From NCBI GenBank assembly GCA_963754315.1, contig CAVWFS010000018.1, positions 480,001 through 544,000 of the forward strand: DNA of 64,000 bases, written 5' to 3'. The notes under the pieces were generated by a model. That model worked only from the letters and a program-made list of their open reading frames with translations. It ran no database searches and was not told the DNA's origin. Source of the stretch: an uncultured Candidatus Rokubacteria bacterium (GTDB lineage Bacteria > Methylomirabilota > Methylomirabilia > Rokubacteriales > CSP1-6). Below, piece after piece: positions 58,254 to 64,000 of the stretch (positions are counted from its first letter, which is position 1; each line of letters opens with the position of its first letter). The position numbers were made by a program, and so were the translations under genes.

Positions 58254-60707
58254 TCACCGTGAGGTCTGCCCGACCACGGCTCGGACCCCCGCAGGAGGTC
58301 GGGTCCCTGGGCTCCCGGCGGGGGAGGCGGTCGCGAGATCCACGGCCACCCGCAGCGCACGCAAGCCATGGACGCCCTGCAACTCGGCGATCTCCACCTC
58401 TTCTACCGTTCCCGTCAGGTATCCACGGGCGACCAGATAGTCCAGATACTGGCGGTACTCGAGGGCCTCCACGCCCTGCGCATACACGATGGCAAGGTGC
58501 CCGGGTTGGGTGACCCGCTCGTTGGTACCCCGGATCACGGCCTTGTCGATACGCTTCTTGATGACCTCGTAGCGCACGTTGTAGGCCCCGTCGACGTCGA
58601 AGCGCTTTTCGTCGAAGCGGAAGCGGATCGACAGGGGAGCATGATGGGCCAAGATCAGATGAGTGGTTTCCAATGGCAGCGGTAGTCGCTGTCGAAGCGC
58701 TTCTGTCTGGCGCGCGATGCCGCAGGCGACCAGGAGCTGCCAGAGGCGGAGATTGCGTAGGTACAGGTCGTCGTACGGTCGTCCGTCGACCAGCGCGGCC
58801 CCCACGTAGATGCTGTAGTCGACGCCGTCCGTCCGCTGCTTCTCAAAGTAGTGCGGCAGCATGGCCTGGGCGATCTCCTGCTCCGCGTCGAGATACGAGG
58901 AGACCGCTTCGTTGATGGCGGTCACGCTCACTTCGTATTCCTTGCGCTTCCGATAGACGGTCCCTACCTGAGGATCGAGGGTGGCGCGGTAGGCCTCGAT
59001 CCGCTCCTGCACCGAGGGATGGAATCCCCCGAGATGCGCCAGGAGCGGCTCGACGTGCTGACGCAGGAAGGCAAGAATCGTGATCTCGTCGCCAGAGTTC
59101 AGATTCCGCTCGATCTGGGCCAGGAGCTTGTCAATGCGGTAACCAAGCTCGTTGAGAATTGGGAGGGGCTTGACGGCGCGCGCTCGATCCACCACCGCGC
59201 GCGCCAGACCCAGGTGCGTGCTCAGGTCTGCCTGGATGGCCACGTTGCGGTGGGTGGAGGAGCCTCGGATATCACAGGCGCCGTAAAGGGGGTACACATC
59301 TCGGAAGACGATCGGTTCCAGTTCGGGGGTGGCGCGGTCGGCCTGGCGCTCGATGGTGTCGAGAACGGCTTGCCGGAATCGCCACTCAACCGAGGGATGG
59401 ATGGCCGTGCATTTTTCCTTGATGATCGCCTGCACCCGTGTTTCCAGCTCCTCCAGCGCGCGACGGACGGCCATGGAGAACAGCGGCAACACTTCGCGGA
59501 GCTTGAGCGTGCTGGCTGCGTCCAGGTCTCCCGGATGCGGAGAGCCGAGCTCGAGGATGCCAATGGCTCGGTCTTGATAGTGCAGAGGGGCCACCACGAT
59601 ATTGCGAAGCCCCGCCTCGACCAGGCTCTCCTCGATGCGCCCGCCGTCCCTGTAGGCTGTGAGGTCGTCCACGACGAGAGGCTGCCCGTGGGCTACCGCT
59701 CGCGCGTACACGGAACCCGCGAAGTCATGGATGCTCAGATGTTGGGAGTCAGCAAAGATGCAGCGGTGCTCCAGCTGCGCGCCGTCGTTCAGGACGAGAA
59801 CTCTTTCTCCGTGGAAGGCGGCCAGTCCCAGGCGGAGCTGGGGGCGGCGGAGGTACGTGCGGAGCTGGCCCTGCAGCCGCTCGAAGCGCGGGCCGGACAC
59901 GATCGACTCCTTCTCGATGAGGTCGCGCTTGAGAGAGGACAGGACCTCCTGGTCGGTGATATCGGTCGCCTTGACCACCGTGAACCCGCGGAACACGAAG
60001 CGGTCAGGAGGGATCAGCTCCATGAGCGTCCGCGGATCGGTGAGATTCTCCTGGAGGCGGCGGCGATTGGCGTCGGAGAGGATGGGCAGCTGGCCGTTCG
60101 TGTCCACGTCCAGGAAGCGGGGATCGAGGTCGAAGCGGAAGTGGCGCTCGAGCGCGCACTCGGGGTCGTTGGTGGTGATGACGAGTGGGTAGTCCAGGTT
60201 CAGACCGATCTCGTAGTACTTGCGGAGAATCAGGCCGTACGCGCGCAGCAATCGTCCGGTCGCCCAGCTCTCCGCGTCGATATTCAGGCGCCCGCGTAGG
60301 GCCCCGCTCCCGTCGAGGAACAAGCGCCGGAAGGAGGGCGTGGCGTAGACCACCCGGACCGCAAAGGGAGAGAGCAGGGCGGCATAGTCGCGCTCCCACG
60401 AGGCCATCGGGAATATCTTTGCCATCAACACGTCGACGAGCGCGGGATGCTTGGCGAGAACGGTAAGATCGTCGAGCGGGGCCAGCAATTCGGGGGTCGT
60501 GCGGAGCTCCTCCCGGACGAGCCGCCCCATCGACGCGATCAGACCATCCTCGCTCTCCGCCGCGTTCCACCACACGTTGACGAGGGGCGCCAGACTCAGC
60601 TCCCGCTTGAAGGGGAAGTTGTCGGTCTCGGGGCTCACCGGCGCGATCGGAAAGCGCCCCTCCGTCGTGGCCGGGGGCGAGCTACTCATGTCACCCTCCA
60701 TCACCAA
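58254..60707 (-). CDS. large GAF-domain protein with possible divergent class III cyclase-like C-terminus (start 60707 or 60689)
   Basis: GAF (VVAPL..IGILELGS); C-terminal DIRGSS, KQRTDGVDY, RFDVDGAYN. Confidence 0.8.
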   Translation of the reverse strand: MVMEGDMSSSPPATTEGRFPIAPVSPETDNFPFKRELSLAPLVNVWWNAAESEDGLIASMGRLVREELRTTPELLAPLDDLTVLAKHPALVDVLMAKIFPMASWERDYAALLSPFAVRVVYATPSFRRLFLDGSGALRGRLNIDAESWATGRLLRAYGLILRKYYEIGLNLDYPLVITTNDPECALERHFRFDLDPRFLDVDTNGQLPILSDANRRRLQENLTDPRTLMELIPPDRFVFRGFTVVKATDITDQEVLSSLKRDLIEKESIVSGPRFERLQGQLRTYLRRPQLRLGLAAFHGERVLVLNDGAQLEHRCIFADSQHLSIHDFAGSVYARAVAHGQPLVVDDLTAYRDGGRIEESLVEAGLRNIVVAPLHYQDRAIGILELGSPHPGDLDAASTLKLREVLPLFSMAVRRALEELETRVQAIIKEKCTAIHPSVEWRFRQAVLDTIERQADRATPELEPIVFRDVYPLYGACDIRGSSTHRNVAIQADLSTHLGLARAVVDRARAVKPLPILNELGYRIDKLLAQIERNLNSGDEITILAFLRQHVEPLLAHLGGFHPSVQERIEAYRATLDPQVGTVYRKRKEYEVSVTAINEAVSSYLDAEQEIAQAMLPHYFEKQRTDGVDYSIYVGAALVDGRPYDDLYLRNLRLWQLLVACGIARQTEALRQRLPLPLETTHLILAHHAPLSIRFRFDEKRFDVDGAYNVRYEVIKKRIDKAVIRGTNERVTQPGHLAIVYAQGVEALEYRQYLDYLVARGYLTGTVEEVEIAELQGVHGLRALRVAVDLATASPAGSPGTRPPAGVRAVVGQTSR

Positions 60708-60848
60708 GGTATCCGAGCCTTAGGATGATTCTACCAGGGGGAAGGGTGCGGGTAGACCGAGGCTGCCGGCTTTCACCCTGGAGCCCGTGGGGAGTACACT
60801 GTCAATGATCCGCCAGGGGTCGGTCCGGGCACCCAGAGAAAGGAGTGC

Positions 60849-61367
60849 GTGATGACCGTTCAGACAGGCGCGACCGCTACCGAATCCACCAGCTCCCCAT
60901 CTGATGTTCAATCGCTCTACCAGGAAGGTATCGTGGCTGGTCTCCTCGCCGCCGTCGCGGTGGCGATCTGGTTCCTGATCGTGGACACCGTGGCCGGACG
61001 CCCTTTTTATACTCCGTCCGTACTGGGTACTGCCCTCTTCGGACGCGGGATCGGGCTCGAGACGGCGCCGGTGTCCTTCTCCATGGTGGCGATGTTCACC
61101 TGGGTGCATGGGATGGTGTTCGCCGTCCTCGGCGGCGTCGCCTCCCGCCTTCTGGCCGTAGTCGAGAAGAATCCCAGCATGGGCTTTGGCGTCCTCCTCC
61201 TCTTCGTGTTGCTGCAGGCGGGATTTACGGTGACGGCAGCCTTCCTGGCCGCTCCCATCTTTGCCGCACTGGGTTGGCCCTCGATCTTCGTGGCCAACCT
61301 CCTGGCGGCCGGGGTCATGGCCATATACTTCCGCCTGCGACATCCGAATCTGAGCGTGCGTCCCTAG
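60849..61367 (+). CDS. hypothetical membrane protein
   Basis: AAGGAG RBS; four to five hydrophobic segments. Confidence 0.75.
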   Translation: MMTVQTGATATESTSSPSDVQSLYQEGIVAGLLAAVAVAIWFLIVDTVAGRPFYTPSVLGTALFGRGIGLETAPVSFSMVAMFTWVHGMVFAVLGGVASRLLAVVEKNPSMGFGVLLLFVLLQAGFTVTAAFLAAPIFAALGWPSIFVANLLAAGVMAIYFRLRHPNLSVRP

Positions 61368-61371
61368 TCGT

Positions 61372-61397
61372 CAGGGGAGCTCGCCCGGGCTCCCCTG
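61372..61397. terminator. hairpin between convergent genes
   Basis: CAGGGGAGC-8 nt-GCTCCCCTG. Confidence 0.5.
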
Positions 61398-61413
61398 GTC
61401 TACTCTCTTCCCG

Positions 61414-63999
61414 TCACTGAAAGAGCTTCGCCACGAGCGCGGTCCAGCCCGTCTGGTGGGTCGCCCCGAGGCCGGCGCCGGTGTCGCCGTGGAAGTACTC
61501 GTAGAAAAGGACGAGCTCCCTCCAGTGCGCGTCAGTCTGGAACTTCTCGACGGTTCCGTGGGCCGGTCGCCGGCCCGACCCGTCACGCAGGAACAGGCGG
61601 GTCAGGCGTCGGGAGAGCTCGCTGGCCACCGCGGCCAGACTCATGAACTGCCCGGATCCCGTCGGACATTCAACGTTGAACCCCGATCCGTAATACGAGT
61701 CGAAACGCTGCAGGGCGGTGATGATCACGTAGTTCAAAGGGAACCATACCGGTCCCCGCCAGTTGGAGTTGCCGCCGAACATCCCGGTCGTCGACTCGCC
61801 CCCTTCGTAGTCGATGGAGTACTGCTGGCCGCCGATCGTCACGGTGAAGGGGTGGGCCCGGTGGTATCGGGAGAGCGAGCGCAGACCGTGGGTGGACAGA
61901 AACTCGTCCTCGTCGAGCATGTAACGAAGGACCTGCTTCAGTCGCGTTCCGTTCACGAGCGCGAGGAGCCACCGGTGGCGGCCGTCGGGCGTGTCCTGAC
62001 GGGAGACGTGCTGACCGAGGAGGGGACGATGTTGCAGAAACCACATCATTCGACGCGAAAACGTGGGAAGGCGATCCATGACGTCGGGCTCGAGCGTCAT
62101 GACGGCGATGAGGGGCATGAGGCCTACCATGGAGCGTGCGCGGACGGGAACGGTCTGTCCGCCAGGAAGGAGGAGGACGTCGTAGAAGAAACCGTCGCGC
62201 GTGTCCCACAGCTCGATACCCTCGCCGGCCATGTTGTTCATCGCGTGACTGATGTAGACGAAATGCTCGAAGAACTTGGAGGCAATATCCTCGTAGACGG
62301 GATCGTCGAGGGCCAAGATGGCCGCGATGGAGAGCATGGTCAGGCAGAACGCCCCTACCCAGGCCGTTCCGTCCGACTGCTCCACGCTACCCCCGAAGGG
62401 TAGAGGCGCGCTTCGATCGAAGAGACCGATATTGTCGAGGCCGAGAAAGCCGCCCTCGAAGACGTTCTTGTTCCCCTGATCTTTGCGATTGACCCACCAC
62501 GTGAAGTTCAACAAGAGCTTGTGGAAGACCCGCTTGAGGAAGGCCGAGTCGCCGGTACCGCGCCGGGCCTTGTCCATCTCGTACACACGGAGCGCGGCCC
62601 AGGCGTGCACGGGCGGGTTGACGTCACCCAGGGCCCACTCGTAAGCGGGCAGTTGGCCATCCGGGTGCATATACCACTCGCGCAGAAGGAGGACGAGCTG
62701 GTCCTTGGCGTACTCAGGGTCAACCATGGCCAGCGCCACCGTATGGAAGGCCAGGTCCCATGACGCATACCAGGGGTACTCCCACTTGTCAGGCATCGAC
62801 ACCACGTCCTCGTTGTAGAGGTGGGCCCAGCCGTGGTTGCGACCGGATCGCCGGCCAGGCGGCGGTGGGGGCTGGGCGGGATCCCCCGCGAGCCAGCGGC
62901 GAACGTCATAGTGGTACCACTGCTTCGACCACAGCAGCCCCGCCAGGGCCTGGCGGACGATCGAGGTGGCATCCTCGTCCAAGTGGCGTGGGATCACGCT
63001 TGCATAGAAGGCATCCGCTTCGGCCATGCGGGTGGCAAACACTCGATCAAACTCCTGGCCGAGAGGAGCACCTGAAATGTCTCCTTCACAAAGGCGGAGG
63101 CGGAGGGCCACCGGTTGGCCAGGCTGGAGGATGAGTCGATAGTGGGGAGTCGCTTTGGTTCCCTCACGAGCCGGGTTGACCGCACCGACCTGGCCATTCA
63201 CGACGTAATCGTGAAAAGCGTCCTTGACGAAGGGCTCCGGGTTCTCGGCGCCGTAGAGTCGCCGGCGGTTCGTCACGTTCTCCGTGAAGAGCACCTCGGT
63301 CGGCCCCTGCGCGTAGAGGCAGTAGTTCCCCAAGGTCGGATGCTCGGCCCGCACCGACATCCAGGCGGCGCCCGCGGTCCCGCGACGGAGCCGCGGGCGA
63401 GGGGTCTGCTCCTCCCACGACCACGTGTTGCGAAACCACAACGTCGGCAGCAGATCCAGTGACGCCGGGCTTCCGCCGCGGTTGGTTACGGTGATCCGGA
63501 TGAGGAGGTCGTTGAGGCGAGCCTTGGCGTACTCGACCTGAACATCGAAGTATCGATCGTCGTCAAAGCACCCGGTGTCGATCAGCTCGAATTCCCCTTG
63601 GCCACGGCTCCGCCGGGCGTTCTCGTCAAGCAGTCGCTGGTAGGGAAACGCAGTCTGGGGATACTTGTAGAGCCCCTTCACGTAGGAGTAGGTGGGGGTA
63701 GCGTCGAGGTAGAAGTAGAGCTCCTTGACATCCTCTCCGTGATTGCCCTGAGGGCCGGTCACCCCGAACAGGCGCTCCTTGAGAATGGGGTCATGGCCGT
63801 TCCAGAGGGCGAGCGCGAAGCAGAGACGTTGGTGGTTGTCCGAGATGCCGAGCAAGCCATCCTCTCCCCACCGGTAGGCGCGCGAGCGTGCGTGATCGTG
63901 CGGAAAGTAATTCCAGGCATCGCCATTGCCCGAGTAGTCCTCGCGCACGGTTCCCCACTGGCGCTCGGAGAGAAACGGTCCCCAGCGCCGCCAGTGCAC
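61414..63999 (-). CDS. GH63-like (MGH1/mannosyl-oligosaccharide) glucosidase, 5' end outside the window
   Basis: [55 protein letters not shown]. Confidence 0.9.
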   Translation of the reverse strand: MHWRRWGPFLSERQWGTVREDYSGNGDAWNYFPHDHARSRAYRWGEDGLLGISDNHQRLCFALALWNGHDPILKERLFGVTGPQGNHGEDVKELYFYLDATPTYSYVKGLYKYPQTAFPYQRLLDENARRSRGQGEFELIDTGCFDDDRYFDVQVEYAKARLNDLLIRITVTNRGGSPASLDLLPTLWFRNTWSWEEQTPRPRLRRGTAGAAWMSVRAEHPTLGNYCLYAQGPTEVLFTENVTNRRRLYGAENPEPFVKDAFHDYVVNGQVGAVNPAREGTKATPHYRLILQPGQPVALRLRLCEGDISGAPLGQEFDRVFATRMAEADAFYASVIPRHLDEDATSIVRQALAGLLWSKQWYHYDVRRWLAGDPAQPPPPPGRRSGRNHGWAHLYNEDVVSMPDKWEYPWYASWDLAFHTVALAMVDPEYAKDQLVLLLREWYMHPDGQLPAYEWALGDVNPPVHAWAALRVYEMDKARRGTGDSAFLKRVFHKLLLNFTWWVNRKDQGNKNVFEGGFLGLDNIGLFDRSAPLPFGGSVEQSDGTAWVGAFCLTMLSIAAILALDDPVYEDIASKFFEHFVYISHAMNNMAGEGIELWDTRDGFFYDVLLLPGGQTVPVRARSMVGLMPLIAVMTLEPDVMDRLPTFSRRMMWFLQHRPLLGQHVSRQDTPDGRHRWLLALVNGTRLKQVLRYMLDEDEFLSTHGLRSLSRYHRAHPFTVTIGGQQYSIDYEGGESTTGMFGGNSNWRGPVWFPLNYVIITALQRFDSYYGSGFNVECPTGSGQFMSLAAVASELSRRLTRLFLRDGSGRRPAHGTVEKFQTDAHWRELVLFYEYFHGDTGAGLGATHQTGWTALVAKLFQ

Positions 64000-64000
64000 A

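Overview
GC-rich bacterial chromosomal segment of about 62 genes. I found no rRNA, tRNA, CRISPR array, transposase or prophage. Gene style suggests Candidatus Rokubacteria/Methylomirabilota, but this is unverified inference. In order it carries: a fabG-acpP-fabF-rnc operon whose RNase III lacks the dsRBD; methionine and methyl-transfer genes (YitJ-like protein, MetB-like PLP enzyme, a split B12 methionine-synthase-like trio, an MtaA/CmuA-type methyltransferase); an AhpD-like selenoprotein (CxxU with a SECIS-like hairpin); glpK coupled to a class II cyclic-nucleotide phosphodiesterase; and a multi-GAF kinase/NtrC pair followed by a sigma54 promoter. An 11.5-kb carboxylate uptake/sensing locus follows (ActP-like symporter, CBS-DUF294 nucleotidyltransferase, response regulator, membrane HAMP-PAS-pseudokinase-DEDDh exonuclease, SSS-fused histidine kinase), trailed by relics of a decayed second copy. 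The rest holds proteases, citrate synthase, a Ser/Ser DapF, a LOG protein, a GAF protein with class III cyclase-like motifs and a partial GH63 glucosidase. A dispersed palindromic repeat family and many apparently leaderless promoters are visible. Several genes carry indels that are probably consensus errors. All functional calls come from motif recognition by eye, with no database searches.
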